A DNA stretch of 64,000 nt from Octopus vulgaris (taxonomy: Eukaryota), in contig OX597828.1 of NCBI GenBank assembly GCA_951406725.2, positions 11,222,001 through 11,286,000 of the forward strand, read 5' to 3'. The notes beneath the pieces were generated by a model. The model ran no database searches. It had not been told where the DNA came from and saw only the letters and a list, made by a program, of their open reading frames with translations. How positions within the stretch are numbered: the first letter of the stretch is position 1; each line of letters begins with the position of its first letter. Shown here in pieces: positions 26,357-41,468 of this stretch. The translations under genes and the position numbers were made by a program.

Positions 26357-27931
26357 TTCAAAAAGAGATATCGTAAGACGGAATGCCATATAAGAAGGTT
26401 ATATTTGGTTAACTGTGTAGATCCAAGTCACTCACGATCTGTCTGACTGATGATCAAAGTTGTTCCAGATGTGACCCCTCGCACATTGTTTTCTTTCCTT
26501 CAGCAGATTTGGCCAGATCGGCTGGCAACAAAGATTTTGCCAAGACTGACTCTCAGTTTGGTTTTGTGATGGAAAACGGTACACGTAGCAAATGCAGTGG
26601 CAGATGCACTTTGCCGGTCACACAGCTCCTTTACAGCCAGAGTGTCCGTTGGTGCTAATCAAACACCATAAATTCCACACTTTTTTTTCAGTTTTACGAT
26701 CTGGCTTGAAATGCGTGGTGCCTATCGTGAGTATTCTGGGGCGACGCCGAATTTGATAAATGACATTTAGTTCAGACCAATGTCGGTCACGAGTATTTGT
26801 CAGGATATGCCTGCTAAACGGTGTCCATACTTTGGAGAGTGCAATCATTACTTTAGTTGCCACTTCCGAGTTAGGACATTTTTGTACACCATATAGATGA
26901 TTGAGATAAGGAATTCACAGCAATGTGGGTCCACCACGGGTGGTAATTGCACTCAAACACCATTAATCCGTTGGCACCTGATGGCAACGAGGAATATGTG
27001 TATAAACTGCATTTGACTTTATGTGTCTTTTGGTTGCTGTTTATAGAATTGCAGCTGCGTCAATAACAGCAGGGAGAATGACAGTAACAGCGATACAACA
27101 ACGGCAATAACAACAACAATACCTTGGGTAATATAGAATAAGATAGCATTTAAAGGAACAACAGCATCACCATTTCCATCACTAATATAAATAACAACAC
27201 TAAGGCAAGCAAGCTGGCAAAATGTTTAGCGGCATTTCGTCCCTCTTTTGTTCTGAGTTCAACTTTTGCTGAGGTCGACTTTACTTTTCGTCCTTTCGGT
27301 TTCGATAAAATAAGTACCAGTACAGTACCGTGGTTGAAGTAATCGACGTACCCAACCCCGAAATTACTGGCCTTGTGCCAAATTCTAACAAATGTTAGCA
27401 ACGCTAACAGCGACGGGCAAATATGAGAACCTCCGCGAAGTTCGTTAATCTGCTAGATATAACAGCCAAATACCCCTCAAATCACGTCCTACTGTAATTA
27501 AATAAGAAATGACTCATTGGATAATGTAGTCCCGTGTATAGAACAAAACATGGAATAGTTACTTCTATAATGTACTTGAGCACATTTCTGCACGAATAAA
27601 TTTGGTGGAGTCAGACAACAATAACATTACTACCAAGAAAAGGGGTGTTTTTGTCCGAGCCACAATCTTCTGAACTAAAAATCTGCTCGAATAGAAGCAA
27701 AGAAATACGATTTTAGCGCAGTCTCAGTCGAGTTGAGGAAACGAATCTTTCCATGTCGCAGGCGTGGCTGTGTGGTAAGAAGCTTGTTCCCCAACAACAC
27801 AGTTCAGAATGGCTTCAGTCACACTGCGTGGCATCTTGGGAAAGTGTCTTCTACAGTAGCCACGGACCGACGAAAGTCTTGGCAGTACATTTGGTTGACA
27901 GAAACTGAAAGAAGATCTGGCAGAATGTGCC

Positions 27932-28345
27932 AGCAGCGAGCTGGCAGAATTGTTAGCACACCGGGCGAAATGCGTAGCCCTATTCCGTCCGTCTTTACGT
28001 TCTGAGTTCAAATTCCGCCGAGGTCGACTTTGCCTTTCATCCTTTCGGGGTCGATTAAATAAGTACCAGTTACGCACTGAGGTCGATATAATCGACTTAA
28101 TCCGTTTATCTGTCCTTGTTTATCCCCTCTCTGTTTGGCCCCTTGTGGGTAGTAAAGAAATAGGTATTTCGTCTGCCGCTAGGTTTTGAGTTCAAATTCC
28201 GCCGAAGTCGACTTTGCCTTTCGTCCTTTCGGGGTCAATAAATTAAGTACCAGTTACGCACTGGGGTCGACATAATCGACATAATCCGTTTATCTGTTTT
28301 GTTTGTCCCCTCTGTGTGTAGCCCCTTGAGGGCAATAAAGAAATA
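27932..28345 (+). mobile_element. Family A SINE dimer inserted into a family B SINE (head at 27757)
   Basis: A full unit is followed by a headless unit joined at AAGAAATA|GGTATTTC (28163). An imperfect GAAACTGA..AGATC duplication flanks it. Confidence 0.88.
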
Positions 28346-28499
28346 GGAAACTGAGAGATCACCGTTTGTATATGTGTGTGCGTGTGTGTGTGCGTGTGCG
28401 CGTGCGCGTGCGTGTGCGCGTGCGCGTGCGTGTGCGTGCGTGTGGCCGATAAAAAATGAAAATATAATCAAAATAAACATACACGCACAATGCTGCCTC

Positions 28500-29077
28500 A
28501 ATCCAATTGTTCTTGAGAAAGTGAGAAGGGAAAAGTGGAGACATGACCATACTCTTCAACAACCACGTCCTAACTCTTTCTGGGGGTGTGGCAAGGAGCC
28601 GGATCTTGTTGCCACGCATATGGCAATACTCTCCAGCAATACTCTGTTTGACCATAGTCTCTAGCATATTCTCATATCCGCCTGAATTGAGCCTAAGGCC
28701 CTTTTCAATAATGTGGGGCGGCATGACATCACATTCACTGCAGACGTACCCAAAGATCATCAGAGTTCACGCTGGCCACGACTTCGTAGTCACATTCGCA
28801 GCTGTCCATGTCACGTCTTACAACCATTACAATGTTTACAGAGTGTTAAGAAGCAGTCATGTGGTCGGCATTTTGATATTCGGTGCCAAACAGCATGATG
28901 TAGTTAAATTCTTTTCCAAAATTCAGATGGCTTCCAGTGCTCCAATGTCAGCTAAATTTTTCTCAACTACAACTCGAATCTTTATGCTCTCCAACGTTGA
29001 CTGTTCACCAATACATCAAGCTGTTTCTGGAAAAAGGAGATATAACAAATTGTAAAATTTAGCCCGAATGCCCTTTA
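28500..29077 (-). mobile_element. Decayed DD37D/maT-like transposon
   Basis: Peptide MIFGYVCSECDVMPPHIIEKGLRLNSGGYENMLETMVK, followed after a frameshift by WQQDPAPCHT. Confidence 0.78.
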
Positions 29078-29810
29078 CGTGTGGATCTGTGGCTATAAAA
29101 AAATGACAAACGCCCAAAGTGCCACGCAGTAGGATTGAATCTGGAACGTCATGGTTACAAACCCATCTTATTAAACATTCGGCCATATTGCGCCTGCCTA
29201 CCTCTACACAAACCCACACACATACACACACAAACACACACACACATACACACACACATACACACACACATACACACACACACACTCACAAGTCCTCATA
29301 TTTTCCGGCATGTATACATACATTGTGATTTATTCATCTTGACAAATGATCGCTGTCTCCTCTTGCTTCCTCGTTGCCAGTGGCATTTCTGACTTTCCAT
29401 CCATGACACCTAAGATGACTATTCAGCATTGTTGCACATATGCATTGTTTGAAGCATCATAGAGTGACAGCTGAAATTTGTAACTTAATGACCGCTGGCA
29501 ACCAGTTAGTTCTGCACACATCACCACTCTTCCATCGCCATAGGACTTTCAATAAATGGGATGACAAATGAGGTCAACACAAAGAAACATCTGTACATCA
29601 CTAGAATATGATAAACATACATAAATACATACATACACAGAATCATACATACATACAAACATACATAGATAAATTCATACATATATACATACATGTGTAC
29701 GTACATATATGCATACAAACATGCAAACACATACATGCATACATATATACATACATGCGTACATACATATATGCATACATACACAAACATATATATACAT
29801 ACATACAAAC

Positions 29811-29871
<61 letters not shown>

Positions 29872-30378
29872 ACGCACAGAAATATTCCCAAAAATACAAC
29901 TATTATATTTTCGTACAATGTCCACCAAACTGCTCAATAAATCCGAATATGGTATCAAATTCCATCAATTAAGTGTTATAATATAATATAATACAATACA
30001 ATGTAATATACTATACTACAAGGCACATAATGTACTATAATATGATATAATGTATTGTTATGCAAGCGAAATGACACTTGAAAATAAAACAGGTATCATA
30101 TTAAAATATATGTTTATACTATGGACATAAAGCTATGTTACTCGCAAAAATATGCGCATAATAAATAAATATATACACAGGTTGCAGCCACCATCAGACG
30201 CCAAAGCGGACAGTATATGAAAATTGCCAATTGATGTGACGTGGTAGTTAACATAAACTGGAACAGTAATATATCATAAACCGCTGAAATGTCGTAATTT
30301 CAAATTATGTCTATCTAGTTGTAAAGCATTGCAGCTGTGTTGTATATGTTCATGTGTGCGTACGTTTGTGTGTGCGTG

Positions 30379-30657
30379 TGAGAAGCGTGGCCAAGTGACC
30401 AGGGTGTTGCATTCACGATCGTGAGTTCGTGGTTTCAATTCGCAGTGTGGCTCTGCGTTGTTTTTCATGAGCACAATTCTTCACTTAACTATGTTCCAGT
30501 CCATTCGTCTGTAAATTGGTAATCTTTCGACAGTCTGAGGTTTCGTTCGCGCAGAATATTGGCCAGCGGGGTAGCATCATTTTACAGCTAAACAATGTGA
30601 AGTACATTGTGACCAGCGTTGTATAACAACATCTGATAGTCTGAATGATACCGTGAT
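30379..30657 (+). mobile_element. SINE family C, head Y + tail Q
   Basis: The head resembles the 43630 copy. The tail GCCAGCGGGGT...CATTGTGACCAGCG...CAACATCTGATAG matches the 22649 copy. Confidence 0.7.
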
Positions 30658-30677
30658 ATATATATATATACACTCAA

Positions 30678-30710
<33 letters not shown>

Positions 30711-30712
30711 CA

Positions 30713-30759
<47 letters not shown>

Positions 30760-31614
30760 TCATATATATATATATACGTATATTGGAGCCACGAAGGACC
30801 CGTCGTGCGAAAGCTAGTCGATCCTACAGCCTTATGATCGTGAGCTGAATGCCCTAATCACTAATTCATGAAGCAATACACTATAAACTAGGAGGGAGAG
30901 TCTACACAAAAGGAGGGGCTGCTTTCTTTTCAATGCACTTGGTCCAGTGGTCCACAAGCTTGCGCATTACCTTCAAGAAGAAGGTTTCAGAACAAAGCTG
31001 CTCTTTGTTCTTCTTTGGTGCAAATTGCTAGTGGAGCGGCCATGCTTACACTGTAAAGCCAGAACGGAAAATGATACGATAAACCTCAAACTTAGATCAA
31101 ATGACCACATTAGTACCAACTATAAGCACGCATGTGCAGAAGGTAATGGGACAATAATAAAAATCTGTTATGGCGAAAGGGCGGATAATTGTTGACCTCC
31201 CCTCGTAGACTAGAAACCCTTAGACAAGTATGGCACGTTCAGGAATTGAAATCCCAATAAAGGTCAATCAAGCAATATTATTTTATGGCATAATTTTTAG
31301 AACAAAATCACCATAAGCCAAGAAATTTATATAAAAGGAGTTCAATCCTACCCCTATAACAACTTCAGTTTCAATGAAAGACACCTTAGAATCACGAGAA
31401 CACAAGATTCTCAGTAAACTATCATATCAAGCGTACATATGAAACATCAGCTGCTAACAGATGTGTGTGCGTTTGCGTATGTGTGTGTACCAGTGCGTGT
31501 AGATATATATATATATATGTGTGCGTGTGTGTGTGTGTGTGTGTGTATATGTATTCCTGTATGTATATATATATTTATATGTGTGTGTGCATGCATGTAT
31601 GTGCATATATATAT

Positions 31615-31655
31615 ATGATGAATGACTTGAAATTAACAGCCATGAAACGATCGTA
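31615..31655 (+). ncRNA. 5'-truncated type I hammerhead motif
   Basis: ATGATGA-ATGACT...AGCCAT-GAAAC-GATC-GTA. The first core C and the 5' strand of stem I are replaced by (TA)n. Confidence 0.45.
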
Positions 31656-31878
31656 GTGATATATTAATTATATTTTTTTAATAATTTTGTTATATATTTA
31701 AATAATATAAATTAAAAAATCTTATGTATTGGCTTAAGTTTTTCATTGTATGATTTGCCTAATAGTGGTTTTGTCTCTAATTTAGTATAATATAATATAA
31801 TATTTTATTATAAAATTGGATTCAATCCTAAATCTGATTTTTCCCTGTAAGTTTGGATTTATTCCCTAATATTTATTA

Positions 31879-31918
<40 letters not shown>

Positions 31919-32780
31919 TACTACCTATATGTTTGTCAGTATTTTTGTATATCTGTTTGTGTCAATGTATGTATGTATGTATGTGTGTATTGGAGAAGGT
32001 AAGAGAAAGAGAGAGACAGACTGACAGACAGACATACTATAAAATTTAGAGTTGTTGAAAGGTAAAACAGGATTTGCATAGGTGACTGATGGAGATGAGA
32101 AATGATCAAAAGACTCGAGGAAGAACGACGCTGAAACAGAAAGAAGAAACTTTTAAAATAATTATATATGAACTGGTCGAATATATTTATGGAAGCTGAA
32201 ATAATTGAGAAACAAGACAACAACGAACATTGTAGTGAAGACGAGAGGAAACAATACAAAACCTTCAGCATTTTTCTTCGCAGCCATTCGGAATAGACAA
32301 ATAATATAAATAATATGAGACGACAATATATAAAGAGCTTCCTTGCAGACTGGCATTTATCATTTTTAGATTTGTTTCATCTCAGCTTTGTTTTTGTTTT
32401 TTGTTTTTGTCTGGCTTTGTATAACTATTTTTTTTTTGCTGCCAATGTCTACACACATCCAATAAAACACCTCAGTAGTTTGTTGTCAATTGGTTCTGAG
32501 CGTATAACCGCTGTCTGTCACACCTTTAGAGATAATTGCTCACCAGCCAGCACACGGATAAATACATACGTGCACTGACCTACACATACATATAGGCACG
32601 TATGCACGCATACACACGTACACAGACACATACATACACACGCATAGAAATACGGAAAGAGAGAGAAGGGGCGGAGCAGGAGCAGGAGGAGAAGAAGCAG
32701 ACGAAGAAGACGATGAAGATGATGACGACGACGATGATGATGATAATGATGATGATAACGACAACAACGACGACGACGAC

Positions 32781-32817
<37 letters not shown>

Positions 32818-33135
32818 AAGGAGGAAGAGGAGGAGGACTGTAAGGCAGCCATACGGGCAGAGAGTAAATGTTAGTTAAATTACAAGTGAAAATAGAGGAA
32901 GAAACGAAGAAAGAGACAGGCGTGGGGGGGAGACCCGGGGAAATAAACATGGACGTCAGACAAACGTGTATTCACATATTCCATCAAAATAAAATACATG
33001 CTCTTCCATTGATATATTGCTCAAAATATATATCCAAACTTCTAGGTTCATTGAACTTCTATCGTCATTTTGTATTCAAAACCATTTTTTAACAGAGATC
33101 TATGAGAAAAAGTGATTAATATTTCTAATGTGTTT

Positions 33136-34190
33136 AAGGCGGAGGGCTGGCAGAATCGTTAGCACGCCGAGCGAAATGCTTAGCAGTATATCGTCTGCCG
33201 TCACGTTCTGAGTTCAAATTCTGCCGAGGCCAGTTTTGCATTTCATCCTTTCGGAGTCGATAAATTAAGTACCAGTTACACACTGGGGTCGATGTAATCG
33301 ACTTAATCCGTTTGTCTGTCCTTGTTTGTCCCCTCTACGTTTAGCCCCTTGTGGGCAATAAAGAAATTAGAAACTTTAATATGTTGTGCAAAATACTTAG
33401 CAGCCTTTCGTCAATCTTCATGCTCCGAGTTCAAATTCTGCCGAGGTCGACTTTGCATTTCATCCTTTCGGGGTCGATAAATTAAGTACCAGTTACGCAC
33501 TGGGGTCGATATAATCGACTTAATCCATCTGTCTGTCCTTGTTTGTCTCCTCTGTGTTTAGCCCCTTGTGGGTAGTAAAGAAATAGGTATTTCGTCTGCC
33601 GTTACGTTCTGAGTTCAAATTCCGCTGAGACAAACTTTGCCTTTCATCCTTTCGGGGTCGATAAATTAAGTACCAGTTACGCAGGGGTCGATATAATCGA
33701 CTTAATCCGTTTGACTGTCCTTGTTTGTCCCCTCTATGCTTAGCCCCTTGTGGGTAGAAAAGAAATAAGAATCGTTAATACGTTGCGCAAACTACTTAGC
33801 AGCATTTCGTCATCTCCACGTTCTGAGTTCAAATTCCCACGTGGTTGACTTTGCCTTTCATCTTTTCGGGTTCGATGAAATAATGTACCAGTTGAGTAAC
33901 CAATTTAACCTCTCCTCTGAAATCGCTGGCCTTGTGCCAAAATTTGAAATCGATATCTCTTATGTGCTTAAAGCTGAGAGTTGGCAGAATCGTCAGCAGG
34001 CTGGGTAAAATGCTTAGCGGTATTTCGTCTGCCGCTACGTTCTGAGTTCAAATTCCACCTATGCCGACTTTGCCTTTCATCCTTTCGGGATCGATAAAAT
34101 AAGTAGCAGTTGAGTGCTGGTATCGATATAATCGACTTACCGACTTCCATGAAAGTGCAGGCGTTGTGCCAAAATTCGAAATCAATATTT
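33136..34190 (+). mobile_element. Family A SINE tandem array (four joined units plus one adjacent older copy)
   Basis: Junctions at ~33368, 33586 and 33768. Confidence 0.9.
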
Positions 34191-34209
34191 CTAAAGTGTT
34201 GATTTGCCT

Positions 34210-34484
34210 TATTCTTTGTAAGCCTAGTACTTATTGCATCGGTCACTTTTGCCGAACCGCTAGGTTACGGGAACGTAAACACACCAGCATCGGTTGTCAA
34301 GTGATGTTGGGGGCACAAACACAGACACACAAACGCACACACATACACACTCACATATACATATATACGACGGGCTTCTTTCAGTTTCTGTCTACCAAAT
34401 CTACTCAGAAGGCTTTGGTCGGCCCGAGGCTATAGTAGAAGACACTTGCCCAATTTGCCACGCAGTGGGACTGAACCCGGAACC

Positions 34485-34485
<1 letters not shown>
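34210..34485 (-). mobile_element. SINE family B, truncated at both ends
   Basis: Matches the other family B copies. Confidence 0.85.
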
Positions 34486-34518
<33 letters not shown>

Positions 34519-35175
34519 ATATACGTGTGTGGGTTTGAATGTGTACATGTATGCATATGCACATGTATACATATAAATACAAACATTAGCATACGTAAAC
34601 ACACATACACACGCACATACACACACATTTACACACACCCGTATCCATATACACAAACATACAGTCTATTCCATTAACCTCTATTAATTTTGTTTTTAAA
34701 TTTTTCATAAAATTGTATTTTATGTATTTGCAATTTGTATAATCATTTTCCCTAGTGCATCTTTTAAATATTATAATGTTTAAAGATTTCAGTACTTAGA
34801 ATAATGTTTTTTTGCTACGTTATATTTTAAATTCCGTCTTCCTTTCGTTATTTAAATGAGTTTGGTAATTAGCAAGACACTTTTAATGGAGAAATATGTT
34901 GAGCATAATGCATGTAACGGTCATCTGTCTAAATGTCTTTTGGTATATTAAGAACTTCGAGAATAAATGATGCCAGATGTATGAATTGCTTTGAAGTGTT
35001 TTCTCAGTAGCGAGTTGTGGTAAAAAATACTGGTTTCCTAACCACATTGTTCCGGGTTCAGTCCTTCTACGTTGCACCTTGGGCAAGCGTCTTCTACAAT
35101 AGACTTGGGAATAGACTTGGGCGTACCAGAATTTCGTGAATGGATTTGGTAGACAGAAACTGAAAGAAGCCCTTC

Positions 35176-35213
<38 letters not shown>

Positions 35214-35248
35214 TATATATATATATATGTATATATCATATATATAAT

Positions 35249-35291
<43 letters not shown>

Positions 35292-35418
35292 AATTATATA
35301 TACATATATATAATATAATATAATATAAATTATATATATATATATATAATATAAATTATATATACATATATATAATATAATATGGTATCAATTATATATA
35401 CATATATATAATATAATA

Positions 35419-35467
<49 letters not shown>

Positions 35468-35613
35468 ATGTAATATAATATAATATAATATAATATAATA
35501 TAATATAATATAATATAAATTTATATATATAAGGATATGATTTATATTTAAAATACCGATCTTATCAGGTGGCCAGCATGGGAATAAAATCCTTTCAAAG
35601 GTAATAATTATTT

Positions 35614-35785
35614 AAAATCATAATTTAGGGTATCTAAAAGATGCCGCCACGCTTGAAATAGCAGTCAAAACTTGATCTAAAACCACACAAAATGTTCATA
35701 CACCTGCTGTATGAATATTTAATGTGGTTTCTGACTGCTATTTCCAGCGTGGTAGTGTCTCTTAAATACCCTAAATTATAATTTT
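35614..35785. repeat. ~170-bp imperfect fold-back palindrome
   Basis: The arms pair inward to GTTCATACA-CCTGC-TGTATGAAT, with the loop at 35703-35707. Confidence 0.85.
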
Positions 35786-35862
35786 ATATATATATATATA
35801 TATATGTTAAATTAGATTTAATCCTAAATCTAATTTTTCCCTGTAAGTTTGGATTTATTCCC

Positions 35863-35961
<99 letters not shown>

Positions 35962-36275
35962 TGATAAAACGGTAAGATAACAAAAGAAAGAAAGAGACCT
36001 CAATATTATGTAAATAGAGGAAATATATATATATTTGCTAGCTTAATAGGGCGGCTTTTCAAGCTAGCTCCTGTGCAGGGCTCTTCATTAGGCCTTGAGC
36101 CCAACAATGACAATTCATGCATTGAGTACATTTAATTTTATTAAACTTGAACAATATTTTTCAAGCAATTAACAATTTTCATCAAAATAATGATGTAATT
36201 TGTTGACTTGGAACTCATTGCAAAGCTGCATGATAAACATCTTTTGTCTTCCCATTCGGGGGTCAATTACAATTT

Positions 36276-36330
<55 letters not shown>

Positions 36331-37349
36331 GTTGAATGTATTCAACTATCACCATCACCAGTACCACCACCGTCGCCACCACAACTGTCATACACACACC
36401 ATTCAGACTTCTGACGCCACCGCCATCAATAACTTTGACTTCGCCGCTTTCCCCTCTACCATTATCACCACTGTCTTTCACATCGCTTACTCTCACCGTC
36501 ATACCTGACCACCACAACAATCAATGCCGGTGTTTCGCTCGTCGCTACGTCCTGAATTCAAATTCCGCCGAGGTCGGCTTTGCCTTTCATCCTTTCGGGG
36601 TCGATAAATTAAGTACCAGTTACGCACTGGGGTCGCTGTAATTGACAATACCCCTCCCCTCAAAATCCAGTCTTTGTGCCTATAGTAGAAAGAAATATTG
36701 CTTGATGAAAATGCATAGTTCACCTATAGAGAAGCATGTCTATAATGCGACCAACTTAAAACATTTGTCGAATAACAGCTGGTTTGCCCTGCAAATCAAC
36801 ACTTTAGAAATATTGATTTCGAATTTTGGCACAAGGCCTGCAATTTCACGGAAGATACATATTTGTCTGAAAGTGTTTGTTCTCCAAAGATAAAATAATA
36901 TACTAGCGGTTAGCATATTCACTTTCTAATCAGCCGGAACGCATAACGAACGAATATCTGTCATCGTCTCGATTCTTGCATTCTAATATGCACAAGACGA
37001 TTTGTTAAGGGTTAGTAGCTACCAACACGCATCAGCAGATAATTTGCTTGTTGTGGGTATAAACAAGTGCTTCAAACCCTTGTTAGATGCAACAGTTCAT
37101 AGTACCTTTGACTGAGGATACGCACTGATGTCGAGATACCAGGTAACCCAAAGTCTCTTTATGCTAATGAATCAAGTATGTTATGATCACACTGTAGTAT
37201 GGAAGGAACACTTACACTCCTATGAGGAAACACTACAGCTTATAACGTACAATTTAAGAAATTGTTTATGTTATGCTTTTTATACATAAATATATACACA
37301 GCTTTTATCATGTCCATATTTTGGCAATATCGAGAGGTCTAAAATATCA

Positions 37350-38000
37350 TTTTATAAGATACGTACGTTTGAAACAGAATTGAAGAAATATCCATAGACA
37401 CATAGTCCCAAAATTCCGCCTTCATAAAACACAAGAGTTAACATTTCTGCATAATTATTAAATTGCATATAGAACAATAAATAACTACCGAGAAACATAC
37501 AGACCAACAACTTCTACACCTATTTACATCCTTTTGTGATCATAAAAGCACAAGACAAGCAATTTTCTATACGACTAACAATAATCTTCAACTTTCAAAA
37601 AAAAAACAAAAAATGCTATGAATAATATTAACAGGTAAAGAAACTGACCAGCTAAAACCTACCACCTACATACTACCTACATTTGTGAACTCCTAAAAAT
37701 TCCATTACAAAAAAGTTGACACACCCAATTACTAAAGTTTGTATCTTTGACCTTTACATTCTCAAAGCAAAGGAATAAATCCAATAAAAACAAAAATAAC
37801 TAACATTACTGAGACATAGCCCCCTTACTTGAGAAAAAAAAGGACACGTCTAAATATGGTCCCTTACTTACAAAGTATATGACGAATAATTCTAAACAAT
37901 AACATAATACCAAATTTAATCAATAAAAATTTCTCCAAAATACCTTTCCATAACAATCCACCCTAAAACCTAATCACCGCTCCAGTCGAAACATACGCCC
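37350..38000 (+). mobile_element. Probable decayed Penelope-like element RT C-terminal/thumb region
   Basis: Peptides LTFL and ITTEKHTDQQLLHLFTSFCDHKSTRQAIFY resemble the PLE KPT..QYLH..S.H....K.AI.YS segment. There are many stops and frameshifts. Confidence 0.45.
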
Positions 38001-38170
38001 AAAGAATATATAAAGAGAACATATATAGCCAAGATTAACTTCGATGCATCGCAGTCCAACCATGGCTTAACTGACCGAAACTTCGAAGTTAGTGTCAAAA
38101 ATATTCTTGCTTAAGAATAACAAATATATACGAGTGTATACATATATATATATATATATACGTGTATATA

Positions 38171-38201
<31 letters not shown>

Positions 38202-38375
38202 AGGTATGTACATATATATACATGCATACATACATACGTACATACATCTTTCATTTTATTGTTGTCGTGCTGTCACTGATGCTTTACAGTTAACACAGTA
38301 AAATTTAGATATAATTCCATATTGTATAGCCTTGTTAGTTTTGCTGCACACACACACACACACACACGCATATAT

Positions 38376-38468
<93 letters not shown>

Positions 38469-39424
38469 TGTATGTATGTATGCAAAATACAGAGAGAAAG
38501 AGAGAGAACGAAAATGTGTGATTAAGAAAGAATGTGTGCGTGAGTGCGTGCGTGTGTGTGTGTGTGTGATGTATAGCACTGCCTCGCTATTGCATATCTA
38601 CCACACTTCTAATGCAATAGTATATTAAATCTAAGTGATGCCTGGAGCACGTCTGGAATATGTCTACTACACACCAAACATACTTGTAGACCTCATCAAT
38701 ATACAAACAAGCATGCTGCTTATTTCCTTAACAGTTCAGCTAGAAGTTATTAAAATATATCACAGAACAGATTGATTTTTACCATAGTTGCAAACAGGAA
38801 TTTAAGTGTTTCTATGTCCTCTGAAGTTCTGCTTGTCTTTGCAAAAGATTGAAGAGATTAAACTTGGAGTGTCTCGTGCTGAGGTACTTATCACAGAAAA
38901 TACGTAAGTTCTGTTACAGTTCAAAAGGCCTCCTCTCAGCGTGTGTACTTGCTTAAACATAAAGAGGTTGCTCACGAGCAATACAAGTGCACGCAGCCCT
39001 GACTGTAAGTATAGAAAATATTGATTTCAAATTTTGGCACAAAGCCAGCAATTTCGGGGGACGTGGACAAATCGATTACATAAACCCCAGTGATAAACTG
39101 GTACTTATTTCATCGATCTCGAAAAGATAAAAAGTAGAGTCGACCCCGGCGACAATTGAACTCAGAACGTAAAGAGGAACATACCGCTCAGCAATTTGCC
39201 CTGCATGCTAACGATTCTGTCAGTTCACTCCCTGAAGTATAGAAAATATAATTAATTATTACTTATTATTATTATTTAAGGGAGCTCGCTTCCTTAAATA
39301 TAGAAATTATAATTACTTAATCTAAACGATACTAGGGTTCACAATTCAATTTATTTAGCAGTGCCCCTGAATACTGCGCCTTTTGATCTGTTTATGTAAC
39401 ATTCTGATAAATAACGTCTTACTC

Positions 39425-39485
<61 letters not shown>

Positions 39486-40626
39486 ACTTTCGATGGGTTG
39501 CCAGAACGGTTTGAGCATCGGAGAAAATATCGTACAGAATTTCCTGCGGCTCTTTTAAGTTCTGCATCCGAATTCCATGGAGATCAACTTAGCATTTTAT
39601 CCTCCTGGGATCAACCTATTAAAGTACCAGTGAAGTACTGCGGTCGATATGATCCACTATTTCCCTGTCACAAAATATCAAGCCTTTGTATCTATCTTAA
39701 TCATTTAGGGTGGTGAATTGGCAGAGTCGTTAGGGAATCGGAGAAAAAAACTGAACCCGCGATATTTGTTCCGGTATTTCACAGTGAAGATTCAAATCTT
39801 ACCGACGCCAACTTTGCCTTTCATTTTATAGTGTTCGATAAAATAAAGTACGATCGATTAGTTCAGTTGACATCATCGACAAGCTTTTACTACCCTTACT
39901 TCTAAACCACTGGTTTTGTGCCTGTTTTCGAAACGAGTATTTAGCTCCGGAAACATTTGACAAAGCTTTATGTTCTGAGTTTTGATCCTTTCGTGATCGA
40001 TTTTGCCTTTCCTCCTGAAATCGGCAGAATGTGCTACCAGCCAAGTACAGATATTGATTTAATCGACTAACCCCTTATACAGATATCTGGCTTTGCTTCT
40101 ATATGCAAAATCGTTATTTTGTCCCCTTGATGAAACAAACCTAAAATCAAATTCATCCATACCAAGGCCGTACTGGTTCTTTATAAGAAATTGGCAACCC
40201 CGGACCACATTATCTTATGTATCCCCTCTTAAAAATACTAGTGATACGATGCAAGGTTTGGGAAAGCTTGGCTGCTGTTTTTAGCAGACTGAACAACTAC
40301 CTACAGGCTGCTTTGTTGGTTAGTCAATTTACTGAAGTTGTTTAGCTCCAGGTCAGCCTTAATGAAGATGACCTATGATCAAAATCACTCCCTTTCCAGT
40401 CATGACCATTCCGACTTTTAGTCTGGCATCATGAATCCAAATACCAGGTTAGCCAATGTACTTCAAGATATCATCCTGTTTTTAAGATGGTACGGTTTGA
40501 CAAAGGGAGATTTCGCTGCTTTTTCTAGCATGACGAGCAACCAACTGAGGCATGTGGTAGATAACACAACTGCACTTGCGTTACTGTATTTCATATCTCT
40601 CTTTTCCCCCTTCTATTTATCTCCCT

Positions 40627-40650
40627 ACAGACAGACAGACAGATAGACAT

Positions 40651-40733
<83 letters not shown>
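40627..40733. repeat. (GATA)n microsatellite
   Basis: Read directly from the sequence. Confidence 0.95.
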
Positions 40734-40734
<1 letters not shown>

Positions 40735-41100
40735 TCACACATAAACTAGATAATTCTTAGTCTTCAGAATCCATAAAAATGCTTTGCTGAGGATATTTAG
40801 CAATGCCAAAACGTATCTCTTGCTCCCCCTGTTGGCATTTTAATTAAGTTTAATTCCAATCTGCATTATATAGATTGTTTCAAATTTTGATCAACTGATC
40901 TTTTTGAAATTACGTCCCTTGTTTCTTACCTTTTTTTATATATATTTTAAATATCCTTAAATGGGCTTTTTGCCTATTAATTGCACAGTACTATTAATCG
41001 ACTCAGGACTTATTCTTTGTAAGTCTAGTACTTATTCTAAGTTATGGGAACGTTTCGGTCTAGCGTCAATTTTTCATTTCTTCCAGCCACTTTTACGCAC

Positions 41101-41376
41101 GAGTGGCTGGCTGTGTGGTAAGTAGCTTGCTCACCAACTACATGGTTCCGGGTTCAGTTGCACTGCGTGGCACTTTGGGCATGTGTCTTCTACTATAGCC
41201 TCGGGCCGACCAAAGCCTTATGAGTGGATTTGGTAGACAGAAACTGAAAGAAACCTGTTGTATATATGTAAACGTAAAAGACTTGTTTTATTTCTATTCC
41301 TGAGCGCCATACTAATACAATTGTTTGTTTGTACTCCACCTGCCTTCGTCTTTTGTTTATTATCGTAAACCTTCCC

Positions 41377-41468
<92 letters not shown>

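Noticed and set aside
37105-37155. Hammerhead-like CTGAGGA...CGAGATACCAGGTA, and a similar CTGAGGA...AAAACGTA at 40787
   Set aside because: The GAAA core is mutated and the stems pair poorly, which is too degenerate to call.
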